Shown here: positions 49,875-61,051 of the stretch, one piece after another
How the letters are laid out: each line of letters opens with the position of its first letter
How positions within the stretch are numbered: the stretch's first letter is position 1
Assembly: GCA_964016885.1 (NCBI GenBank)
Contig: OZ024740.1
Span: forward strand, 261,020,001 to 261,084,000
Reading direction: 5' to 3'
Origin: Eledone cirrhosa
Taxonomy: Eukaryota
DNA length: 64,000 nt
The notes under the pieces: model-generated
What the model was told of the DNA's origin: nothing
What the model saw: the letters and a program-made list of their open reading frames with translations, nothing else
Databases searched by the model: none
Made by a program: the position numbers and the translations under genes

Positions 49875-52270
49875 ACACAACTTATACCAAACTGCTTATA
49901 GATAAAATCGAACAAGTCATTAAAAGAATGAGATGGAACACAATGGTTTACGATGGACTATTCAGTACTGATACAAATGATTGTTTTGACATTAAATCCC
50001 GAAAATAACCACCTAGAATTAAAGACATGGCCAACTTCGAATTAGATCTTGTTAATTTAATTAGTGAAATCAAATTTCGTAAGTACAACAATAACTTTCA
50101 AACTAAACTTTCTAACGATATTTCTAATTTTAAAAATTCTACAAGGACTTTTGTTCTTTCCGATAAAACTAAAAATCTCTTTGAAGTAAATAGTATTTTG
50201 TATAACAAACTTTTAACAGATAGTATCACCAACAAATATCAATTAGCTAACAATAACACCTACAATACCATTAATAAAGAAGCTAAAGACCTAGCTAGTA
50301 TTTTTAAAATATACAACCGGATTGAAATCCTAGGTAAATGTAAAGTATATATTACCCTTAAAAACCATAAATCAGACTTCACTAATCGACCTAGCTGTAG
50401 ACTAATTAACCCGGCTAAATCTGAAGTTGGCCTTGCAAGTAAAAAAATCTTAAGAAAAATAATACTCCAAATTAGAACTAAGACTGACTTATCACAATGG
50501 TTAAATACATCCTCTGTTATTTCTTGGTTTAATAATATATAAGGTAAAAATAAGTGTAGATTTACCCAATTTGATATTGTTGATTTTTACACCTCTATTA
50601 CTATTTCCTTATTAACAAAAGCCTTAGATTTTGCAAGACCTTTCATTAATATTTCTAAATTAGAAGAAGACGTTATCTTTTATGCTTGGAAAACTCTACT
50701 CTTTACTAATGAAAGTATTTGGGACAAGCCCTGAAAACTCTTTTGATCTTGCGATGGGTTCATATGACAGTGCTGATGTGTGCGACTTAGTAGGATTATT
50801 CCTTAAAGAGAAATTTCCTTCCCATAATATCGGTTTATACCATGACGACGGATTGGCAGTTTTTCATACCACCAGCGGCCATAACCTTGATAAATTCCGT
50901 AAAGATTTAATCAATATTTTTGCTAACCTAAACTTCAAAATTCCTATAGATACGAACCTTACTAATGCTAACTTTCTTGATATTAATCTTGATCTACTTA
51001 CTGCCTCTTTTAAACCTTATCATAAACCCAACGAGAATCTAAGATATATATACAAAGAGTCTTGCCATCCCCCTATAGTTTTTAAAAATGTTATTCCTAA
51101 TATTAGCCGTAGGATTTCTACCTTATCTTCGTCTATAGACATTTTTAACAAAGCGTCCCTTATTATAATAAGGCCCTCAATAACAGCAGCTTTACAGAAC
51201 ATATTAAATATTTACCTACTCCTCCCTCTAAAACTAATCACAATAATAGGAAAAGGAAAATTATTTGGTTTACACCCCCCTTCTCTCTAACTGTCAAAAC
51301 TAATGTAGGAATGAAATTCCTCGACCTCCTAGACAAACATTTTCCCCCTAATCATAGATATTATAAGATATTTAATATAAATGTAGTCAAAATTAGTTAC
51401 TCTTGCTGTCCATCAATGAAGACTAAAATTACCAACTCTAATCGTACAAGAGTAAATCCAGGATGCAGTTGCAGGAAGCTGGAAGAATGCCCATTACAGG
51501 GCAAATGTAATACTAAATCCGTTGTGTATGAGGCCAAATTGCCACCGTTAATTAATAACCAGCCAGCCAGCAGTGAACGATATGTTGGCATGACTCAAGA
51601 CAGGTTCAAAACCAGGTTTTATGCACATGTCGCTTCTTTTAAACACCCTGATAAAAGAACAGCAACGGCTCTCGCAAATAAAGTGTGGGAATTCAAAGAC
51701 AAAAACATCCCGTACACTATCGATTGGTCTATTTTAGACCATTCAAGAGCATACCAAAGGGGCACAAAGAATTGTTCTTTGTACACCACAGAAAAATTTG
51801 CCTTAACTTGCCTTAACTCCAAGACCGAGATCTTCAGATGTTGTCCCCACCTGAAATCACATCTATGATGACTCAACCACCTTGAACTTCTTCTTTACTC
51901 ATTACGCCTTACATCCACTACGATTATTATTACTCTCTGAACTCACATTCTTTACCCATATAATATTTTTTTTCTCCCTCATCTCCTCTTATATTTATAT
52001 TTTTTTCCTATGTTATTTATAATTCTGTTGACTTATATTCATAAATATGTTGACTTTTACTTTCTACCTTACCCTTTACACACCCACCCCTTTTTACATA
52101 TAGATATATATTCCTGTGTGTATGTATGTATATATATATATACATATATAGGAAAAAGTATGACCCCTGGGGTCATACTTTTTCCTATTTCCCACTCTAC
52201 TACCCTAAGTATTGAGTACTCTGGTGTGTTATGGTCCATCTGGTTCCTTACCACATTTCCTTCGTTATAT
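49875..52270 (+). mobile_element. Naiad-type Penelope-like element (RT plus GIY-YIG), frameshifted
   Basis: CRLINPAKSE, QFDIVDFY, FDLAMGSYD, LYHDDGL, PYHKPN; CxCx5Cx5C linker CSCRKLEECPLQGKC; YVGMT...FKTRF..H; ORFs 50027-51868. Confidence 0.85.
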
Positions 52271-53710
52271 ATATATATATATATATATCATCATCATCAT
52301 TTCATTTTACGTCCGCTTTTTCCCTGCTTGCATATATATGTATATGTATGTGTATGTATATATATATATATGTGCTTATGTGAGTGTGTATTTATTGTGC
52401 GTGTATATGTATGTTTATGTATATATGTTTGTATATGTATGTATATTTTTATATATATATATAGAGAGAGAGAGAGAGATAAATATACACGGGTTTGTAT
52501 GATTGTGTATAGAAGATTATATTAATAAAAGGAATTCCAACTTTGTTAAGGGTGAAAGCAGCGATTCTTTGCTTAAAGTTTAATCTGTTATTTTAATAAA
52601 TATTTGCTCTATGGTTCTTATATATTTGATATATATTTATCCTTATCGAGCCCGGCGCCCTGGTGCATAAGCCTACCTTGAGTGCTTGGAAAAATAAATT
52701 TCCCATTCTTTCGGTAAACGAAATTACTCGGAGCGGCTTGATTTGCCCCGGGGCCCGCCGCGCAGCCGTTTTTTGACCGCCATATAGTACCTTTAAATTC
52801 TAGGCCTAATCCTAACTATTAGCTGTATCATGCCTCCCTCTACTTAAACAAATCCCCCTCCTGTGTAAATTAATAGTACTCGTTTGGTATAACGATGGCC
52901 TAACGACGATGGCTGACTTCCCACTAGCACACCCGAAGCCTGGAATACATTCCTCGAGTGCTTGGAATAATTGATTTCCATATCTTTCACTAGACGATTT
53001 CACTCGGAATGGCTGACACGTGGTTAGGATGGGCTGGCCGGAATCTGCAGTTGCCGCATGCTGTTTGACTGCTAAACAAGGACATAATCCTTACTCTACA
53101 TCCCACTAGGATAACTTATAGAGGATCTCTATAATACAATTAAAGTTTCTTCATAAAAGACTCTTTCTTTAACTAAACCTCGCAACCCAAATCCTTAAAA
53201 AATTTTTTTAAACTGTTTAATTTTCAATTTTATAATTTTTTAATTTTATAATGTTAATCTTTAATTTTTTAACTTCATCCTATAAATCTAAACAAAAATT
53301 TAACGTTCCAATCTTCTGCTCACACATTATACCATGTAGACCCCCACTATATATACCTCTGTTAAGATACGGGTCCTTTAGAATTACTTTTTTCGCGGCA
53401 ATTCCTGGCCTGACTGTAGCATGGCATTAATGCTGACTTTTCTTCCTCTTTCTTTCTGTCTTTTTTCTTGTAGCTTGACATTAACGCTGATTTTTCTTCT
53501 TCTTCCTTTCTGTTTTTATTCTCTTTGACCGGGAGGTTAGTAGCACACTATAAGCTTTAGCCTCCTCACCAGATAGCCTTAGGTAGGCCGAATGGGCAGC
53601 ACTTGAGGGCAACCGGCTAAAGTGGAAGATGCTAGATGGTCGGTCATCCTCGGGTCTATGATTTTCAGCCCCATGGATTTTATCTGTTACATTCATTTAT
53701 TATATTTCGA

Positions 53711-53768
53711 ATACCTGATGATATCACCGGATTCATACGGAACCCGGTCATTGAAATGATCATAGTAT
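53711..53768 (+). ncRNA. Minimal type I hammerhead ribozyme
   Basis: atac-CTGATGA-tatcACCGG...CCGGTcatt-GAAA-TGATCA-TA-gtat, followed by AATAAA. Confidence 0.75.
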
Positions 53769-53927
53769 AATAAACCTTTCAAGGATTTACACAAGTCCAG
53801 CCTCCTGTTATTTTATTATAATATATATATATATAGTAATAATAATAAATTTGAAGACTAAAATCCAGAAGATACCGTTAAGGGTGAAAGCAGCGATTCT
53901 TTGCTTAAACTTTAATCTGTTATTTTA

Positions 53928-53993
<66 letters not shown>

Positions 53994-54147
53994 TTATGTG
54001 TGTGTGTGTTTTTTATATATATGTGGTGATGCAACTTTATGTATGTGTGTGTGTATATGTATGTATATATATATATATGTATGTATATATATGTGTATAT
54101 GTATATATATGTGTATATGTATATATATGTATGTATATATATATGTG

Positions 54148-54201
<54 letters not shown>

Positions 54202-54327
54202 AAGATATTAAATATTTAATATCATTGAATATTTACTCCAGGAAACTGTTGAGTGCTCTAAATCAGTTATAAACATTTATATTTTTTAATTTGTCGGATT
54301 TCCAACTAATTGAATACCCCTTCCACC

Positions 54328-54364
<37 letters not shown>

Positions 54365-54752
54365 CAGCCAATTATCCACACAATACAATATAGTTAGCAC
54401 CCCAAACGTTTAATTGGGAATATACTTAGGTATTTCCCAATGTCTGTTGAGTGAGTTGGAATTTGGCCGGAGTATCGCTATTAGCTTTCTCCGATTATGT
54501 CTTTATATATATATATATATATATACAATAATGAGAGGTATACAAATATATGTGTATACATACATATACATGTATATATAAACATATATTTTTCACAAGT
54601 ATGTGAGATTGTATGTTGTCGACCTTAACCAGTGTTACTCTATGATTATGAGAGACAAAATAATCGAAATAATTAAATTGACACAATATCAGAGCTATGT
54701 AAAATATTATAAAAAGGAATAATAGATACAATATACCTATTGTTTTCTTTAG

Positions 54753-54843
54753 TCCCGACTGTACAGTTTCGCTGGTCACTATGCAAAAATGTTATATCAT
54801 AGATATGTAACATTGTTGTGAGGTAAGCCAGCTTATCAAGGGA
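54753..54843 (-). ncRNA. Hammerhead ribozyme, U3-A8 core variant (host-sense copy)
   Basis: Minus strand: tccc-TTGATAA-GCTGG...CCAGC-GAAA-CTGTACAG-TC-ggga. Confidence 0.75.
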
Positions 54844-55185
54844 GCACCTCAGGGAAGAGCCCTAACTACATACGTCCGTAGCATGCGAGAAAATCTCAGA
54901 AAGGCGGAAGAGACTCTATCACGTGATACACCGGTCAAGAAAGGGGATTAATCCCTTGTAGCAGTGAAAATATCTCAGAAGGCGGAGGGAGGTATTGATA
55001 TGACAATACAGAAGGGTGGTAAGGTTGACTAGAAGTGTATATAGTGTTTGCTTGAAAGCAGTCACTATACTTCCGTGGTTACTCTACCGTGAGGGAGTTA
55101 GAGACAATAATGAGAGGTATACAAATATATGTGTATACATACATATACATGTATATATATAAACATATATTTTTCCCTGAGGTGC

Positions 55186-55276
55186 TCTCTTGATAAGCTG
55201 GCTTACCTCACAACAATGTTACATATCTATGATATAACATTTTTGCATAGTGACCAGCGAAACTGTACAGTCGGGA
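55186..55276 (+). ncRNA. Hammerhead ribozyme, U3-A8 core variant (inverted copy)
   Basis: tctc-TTGATAA-GCTGG...CCAGC-GAAA-CTGTACAG-TC-ggga. Confidence 0.75.
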
Positions 55277-55320
55277 CTAAAGAAAAAATAGGTATATTGT
55301 ATCTATTATTCCTTTTTATA

Positions 55321-55376
<56 letters not shown>

Positions 55377-56939
55377 CGTGCATATGTACATGTACATATG
55401 CGTATGTGTGTATGTATATATATTTTTATATATAAGTAATTATTTATATATATGCGTGTATGTGGTTGTATGTATTTTTTCTCGTGTATATGTGTGTGTG
55501 CATGTATTTATATTTTTTTATATATGTATATACACCTACATTTATGTTTATGTATATGTACCTATACGTGTGGTTGAGAGTATATGTGTGCGTATGTGTG
55601 TGTATGCATGTGAGTATGTATATGTGTGTATAAGGTGGTCGTGGAGGTGCCACGGCAAAAAAGCACCCAGCCCACATTGTAAAGTGGACGTGTAGGCGCC
55701 ACAAAAAAGCACCCAGCACTCACTGTAAATGAGGTTGGTGTTAGGAAGGGCATCCAGCTGTAGAAATCAAGCCAGATCAGTTCCTGTATGAGCAAGGCAT
55801 GGTCAGCCGACCAGACACTGCCCACAACAGGACAACCCGTCTAACCCATGCTAGCGTGGAAGAACGGATGTAAAACGGTGATGATGATGATGATGATATA
55901 TGTGTGTGTAGCTATGATGCTTCCATAGGCGGTATGCCAGTTGAGCACTCTATGTTCTTACAGAGCAGAGTGTGATGTATGTATATGGTTACATGGTTTA
56001 TATTTGTGCATGTATAACATGACGCATCCTTCCATGGATGACCCTCTATGACCTTTTGTGCAGATTTATATGACTGTGAGTATATCACATTGGGGTACGG
56101 ACAGAGATATATACTTGCGTGCGTGTATCTTCTTTGTGGATGTACGTGGACACGGAGGTAATTGGGCGCGTATTTGTTGGAATGTATATGAGCCAGTGAG
56201 TGTGTGTGTGTCTATGTATGTGTAGGTGCATCTACATATGGTAGGGATTGTTTGTGAGTATGTTGTGTGCGTGTGCATACACATATATGTAGATATATAT
56301 ATATATGTATGTATATATGTGTGTATATGTGTATGTGTCTTTGGGAGCGTGTTTGTCTTTGTGCCTCTCTATAAGGACAGGCGTCTATATGTGCGTGTGT
56401 GTGTCTATGTATATGTCTGTACGTGTTTGTGTATATGAGCAAATGTACGCGTACGCAGGTATGTGTCCTTGTATGCGTGTACGTGTGTGTGGGTGTGAGT
56501 GCGCGTGTGCGTGCGTGTGAGAGCGGATGTAGGAGGCCATATAGGCAGGAGCCTGTGGACATGTATGTTGGTATGTATACGGTCGTGGGCGTGTATGGGT
56601 GTGTGTGTGAGAGAGAGTGCGTATGTATATGTATGCGGGTGTATATTCGTACATATGTGTGTGTACATATGTGTATGCGTATATATGTACGTGTGCGCGT
56701 GTGTGTGTGTGTGTATGTGTGGGTATATATGTGTGTGTGAGCGGACTTGTGAAATACCAAACCCAGCATGAGTCCATTGAAGTGTGTCGGAGGGAGAATA
56801 GCTGATGGCCAGTTTGGCAGCAAATATTGACCAGAATTTATGATGACGTAGAAAAGCAACAGCCAATAGCAAGACAAGAGAGGAAGATGTTTTTTGAAGC
56901 TAACACCCCAGTGAGAAAGTTTGTTCCGAGAGTATTGCA

Positions 56940-57029
56940 TGTGTCCGAAGAATCTGCATATCTAGAATCAGACAGATCCATACAATGATCATGTCTCAAG
57001 CTATCTGCCAGCGAAACAATTGTAACACA
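56940..57029 (+). ncRNA. Degenerate hammerhead (U4C core change, decayed stem II)
   Basis: tgtgt-CCGAAGA-...-GAAA-CAATTG-TA-acaca. Confidence 0.45.
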
Positions 57030-57073
57030 CAATAAACTGAGTCCAGATGCATCACTGATTTTTCGTTTTATAT

Positions 57074-57108
<35 letters not shown>

Positions 57109-57206
57109 GTGTGTGTGTGTGTGTATATATATTTGTATGTATATACTTAACTGTGTATATGTTTGTACTGTATATATATATATGTGTGTATATTTCTATG
57201 TATATG

Positions 57207-57244
<38 letters not shown>

Positions 57245-57534
57245 CAAATAACGAAACGAAATTAAATTTCGTTTCGTTTGTAACTCACTTTTGTATGACT
57301 GACGCTTAAACAATTAAGTTAAAGATGTACATCCATATATGTATACTGAAATACTAGTATGTATATGAATACACACACGTTTACATATGTAGATGTACCA
57401 AGTTTTTTTCACTGGTCACTTTACTGTGAGTGGCCAGCTATTCTGTATGTAAACACACAGACAAACCGGTTTTTAGAGTCATACTGGTTTTTGAGGAAAC
57501 ACCTTTCCTCTATTCTCCAGAAAGCCAGACAAGG

Positions 57535-57579
57535 AATATTGAACTAGTTTCGTTGTTGTTACAACTCATCAGCAATATT
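57535..57579 (-). ncRNA. Type I hammerhead ribozyme, array unit 1
   Basis: AATATTG-CTGATGA-GTTGT aaca ACAAC-GAAA-CTAG-TT-CAATATT. Confidence 0.9.
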
Positions 57580-58002
57580 TACCTATCTTCCGGCCTCTCT
57601 AGAGAATCGTAAAAGCACATATCGCTATATGCCTTTTCTATGATAATTAGTAGTGGGCAGACCAATTTGCATAGAGTGTGAGTAAGTACCGGTTCAACGG
57701 AGACGATAAAAACAAATAACGAAACGAAATTAAATTTCGTTTCGTTTGTAACTCACTTTTGTATGACTGACGCTTAAACAATTAAGTTAAAGATGTACAT
57801 CCATATATGTATACTGAAATACTAGTATGTATATGAATACACACACGTTTACATATGTAGATGTACCAAGTTTTTTTCACTGGTCACTTTACTGTGAGTG
57901 GCCAGCTATTCTGTATGTAAACACACAGACAAACCGGTTTTTAGAGTCATACTGGTTTTTGAGGAAACACCTTTCCTCTATTCTCCAGAAAGCCAGACAA
58001 GG

Positions 58003-58047
58003 AATATTGAACTAGTTTCGTTGTTGTTACAACTCATCAGCAATATT
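58003..58047 (-). ncRNA. Type I hammerhead ribozyme, array unit 2
   Basis: Same sequence, +468. Confidence 0.9.
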
Positions 58048-58470
58048 TACCTATCTTCCGGCCTCTCTAGAGAATCGTAAAAGCACATATCGCTATATGC
58101 CTTTTCTATGATAATTAGTAGTGGGCAGACCAATTTGCATAGAGTGTGAGTAAGTACCGGTTCAACGGAGACGATAAAAACAAATAACGAAACGAAATTA
58201 AATTTCGTTTCGTTTGTAACTCACTTTTGTATGACTGACGCTTAAACAATTAAGTTAAAGATGTACATCCATATATGTATACTGAAATACTAGTATGTAT
58301 ATGAATACACACACGTTTACATATGTAGATGTACCAAGTTTTTTTCACTGGTCACTTTACTGTGAGTGGCCAGCTATTCTGTATGTAAACACACAGACAA
58401 ACCGGTTTTTAGAGTCATACTGGTTTTTGAGGAAACACCTTTCCTCTATTCTCCAGAAAGCCAGACAAGG

Positions 58471-58515
58471 AATATTGAACTAGTTTCGTTGTTGTTACAA
58501 CTCATCAGCAATATT
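58471..58515 (-). ncRNA. Type I hammerhead ribozyme, array unit 3
   Basis: Same sequence, +936. Confidence 0.9.
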
Positions 58516-58938
58516 TACCTATCTTCCGGCCTCTCTAGAGAATCGTAAAAGCACATATCGCTATATGCCTTTTCTATGATAATTAGTAGTGGGCAGACCA
58601 ATTTGCATAGAGTGTGAGTAAGTACCGGTTCAACGGAGACGATAAAAACAAATAACGAAACGAAATTAAATTTCGTTTCGTTTGTAACTCACTTTTGTAT
58701 GACTGACGCTTAAACAATTAAGTTAAAGATGTACATCCATATATGTATACTGAAATACTAGTATGTATATGAATACACACACGTTTACATATGTAGATGT
58801 ACCAAGTTTTTTTCACTGGTCACTTTACTGTGAGTGGCCAGCTATTCTGTATGTAAACACACAGACAAACCGGTTTTTAGAGTCATACTGGTTTTTGAGG
58901 AAACACCTTTCCTCTATTCTCCAGAAAGCCAGACAAGG

Positions 58939-58983
58939 AATATTGAACTAGTTTCGTTGTTGTTACAACTCATCAGCAATATT
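58939..58983 (-). ncRNA. Type I hammerhead ribozyme, array unit 4
   Basis: Same sequence, +1404. Confidence 0.9.
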
Positions 58984-59358
58984 TACCTATCTTCCGGCCT
59001 CTCTAGAGAATCGTAAAAGCACATATCGCTATATGCCTTTTCTATGATAATTAGTAGTGGGCAGACCAATTTGCATAGAGTGTGAGTAAGTACCGGTTCA
59101 ACGGAGACGATAAAAACAAATAACGAAACGAAATTAAATGTACATCTTTAACTTAATTGTTTAAGCGTCAGTCATACAAAAGTGAGTTACAAACGAAACG
59201 AAATTTAATTTCGTTTCGTTATTTGTTTTTATCGTCTCCGTTGAACCGGTACTTACTCACACTCTATGCAAATTGGTCTGCCCACTACTAATTATCATAG
59301 AAAAGGCATATAGCGATATGTGCTTTTACGATTCTCTAGAGAGGCCGGAAGATAGGTA

Positions 59359-59403
59359 AATATTGCTGATGAGTTGTAACAACAACGAAACTAGTTCAAT
59401 ATT
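59359..59403 (+). ncRNA. Type I hammerhead ribozyme, inverted unit 1
   Basis: aatattgCTGATGAgttgtaacaacaacGAAActagttcaatatt read directly on +. Confidence 0.9.
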
Positions 59404-59826
59404 CCTTGTCTGGCTTTCTGGAGAATAGAGGAAAGGTGTTTCCTCAAAAACCAGTATGACTCTAAAAACCGGTTTGTCTGTGTGTTTACATACAGAATAG
59501 CTGGCCACTCACAGTAAAGTGACCAGTGAAAAAAACTTGGTACATCTACATATGTAAACGTGTGTGTATTCATATACATACTAGTATTTCAGTATACATA
59601 TATGGATGTACATCTTTAACTTAATTGTTTAAGCGTCAGTCATACAAAAGTGAGTTACAAACGAAACGAAATTTAATTTCGTTTCGTTATTTGTTTTTAT
59701 CGTCTCCGTTGAACCGGTACTTACTCACACTCTATGCAAATTGGTCTGCCCACTACTAATTATCATAGAAAAGGCATATAGCGATATGTGCTTTTACGAT
59801 TCTCTAGAGAGGCCGGAAGATAGGTA

Positions 59827-59871
59827 AATATTGCTGATGAGTTGTAACAACAACGAAACTAGTTCAATATT
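59827..59871 (+). ncRNA. Type I hammerhead ribozyme, inverted unit 2
   Basis: Same sequence, +468. Confidence 0.9.
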
Positions 59872-60610
59872 CCTTGTCTGGCTTTCTGGAGAATAGAGGA
59901 AAGGTGTTTCCTCAAAAACCAGTATGACTCTAAAAACCGGTTTGTCTGTGTGTTTACATACAGAATAGCTGGCCACTCACAGTAAAGTGACCAGTGAAAA
60001 AAACTTGGTACATCTACATATGTAAACGTGTGTGTATTCATATACATACTAGTATTTCAGTATACATATATGGATGTACATCTTTAACTTAATTGTTTAT
60101 ATATATATATATATATATAAAAAGAAATTAAAAATGGTTAAAAAAGTTCCATGTATTTTATTATGTGCATAATAAAATACATGGAACTTTTTTAACCATC
60201 TTTTAATTTCTTCTTATATATACTCCAGTCCAATAAACTGTTGAGTGCTACTTATCCGATATTTGCATTGCTTTATTGTGCTACAATAAAACTCATCTCC
60301 TACATATATATATATATATTTATTTATTTTATTTTGTGCATTTGCTTACCACGTGTGTTTGTTTATTTATTTATTTTTGTTTTTTTCCTCTTTCGTATCG
60401 CTGTCAACTTGGTAATTTTTTATTTTTTATTTTTATATTTGACTTTATTTTTTACTTTTATTTATTTATTATTTTGATTTCATGTATATGGATTTATCTT
60501 TGCCAGTTGATGTGACTGCTTATTTTAGTATATGCGCATGGTCGAGTGTGTTTATTTATTTATTTTTACTTATTTTTATAATTATGTGTGTGTGTGTATA
60601 TATGTATGTA

Positions 60611-60663
<53 letters not shown>

Positions 60664-60837
60664 ATGTGTATTTATGTGTATGTGTATGTATGTTTATATA
60701 TATATATATATGTATATGTGTGTGTGTGTGTTTTATATACTTATATATTTATAATCTTTTTTTCTTCTTCCCTCAGCCTCACTTTCATATTTCTTATATT
60801 TTTGTTTTCAAATCCACATTCAATAAAAACACCAGGA

Positions 60838-60896
60838 TTTTTTCTGACGACTGAAAGCAGATTTGTTTGCTTTCAAGAAACCACTGGTAAATGAAA
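60838..60896 (+). ncRNA. Hammerhead motif with weak stem I
   Basis: tttttt-CTGACGA-cTGAAAGCA...TGCTTTCAa-GAAA-CCACTGG-TA-aatgaaa. Confidence 0.6.
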
Positions 60897-61051
60897 TAAT
60901 TATCTTATGTTGTTTTTTATCTTGTTAATAATTATCTTATGTTGTTTTTTACATAACTAATAAGCTTTGTAACCTACATAGAGCACTTTTTTTCCTGGAC
61001 CTTTCCAACGGAATTACTTCATTCACACACACACACACACACATATATATA

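Larger units (their letters stand above)
57238..60099. repeat. 468-bp hammerhead-containing tandem array: about 4.06 direct units (57238-59139) plus about 2.05 inverted units (59138-60099), flanked by (TA)n
   Basis: Identical ORF-track peptides recur every 468 bp on + and then on -; no differences seen between copies by eye. Confidence 0.95.

Noticed and set aside
53862-53902. aatc-CAGAAGA...GAAA...gatt hammerhead-like motif
   Set aside because: Core altered and no UH cleavage site
57359-60047. Repeated 60-62 aa ORFs in the 468-bp array
   Set aside because: Short, overlapping, no motif; the recurrence simply reflects the repeat
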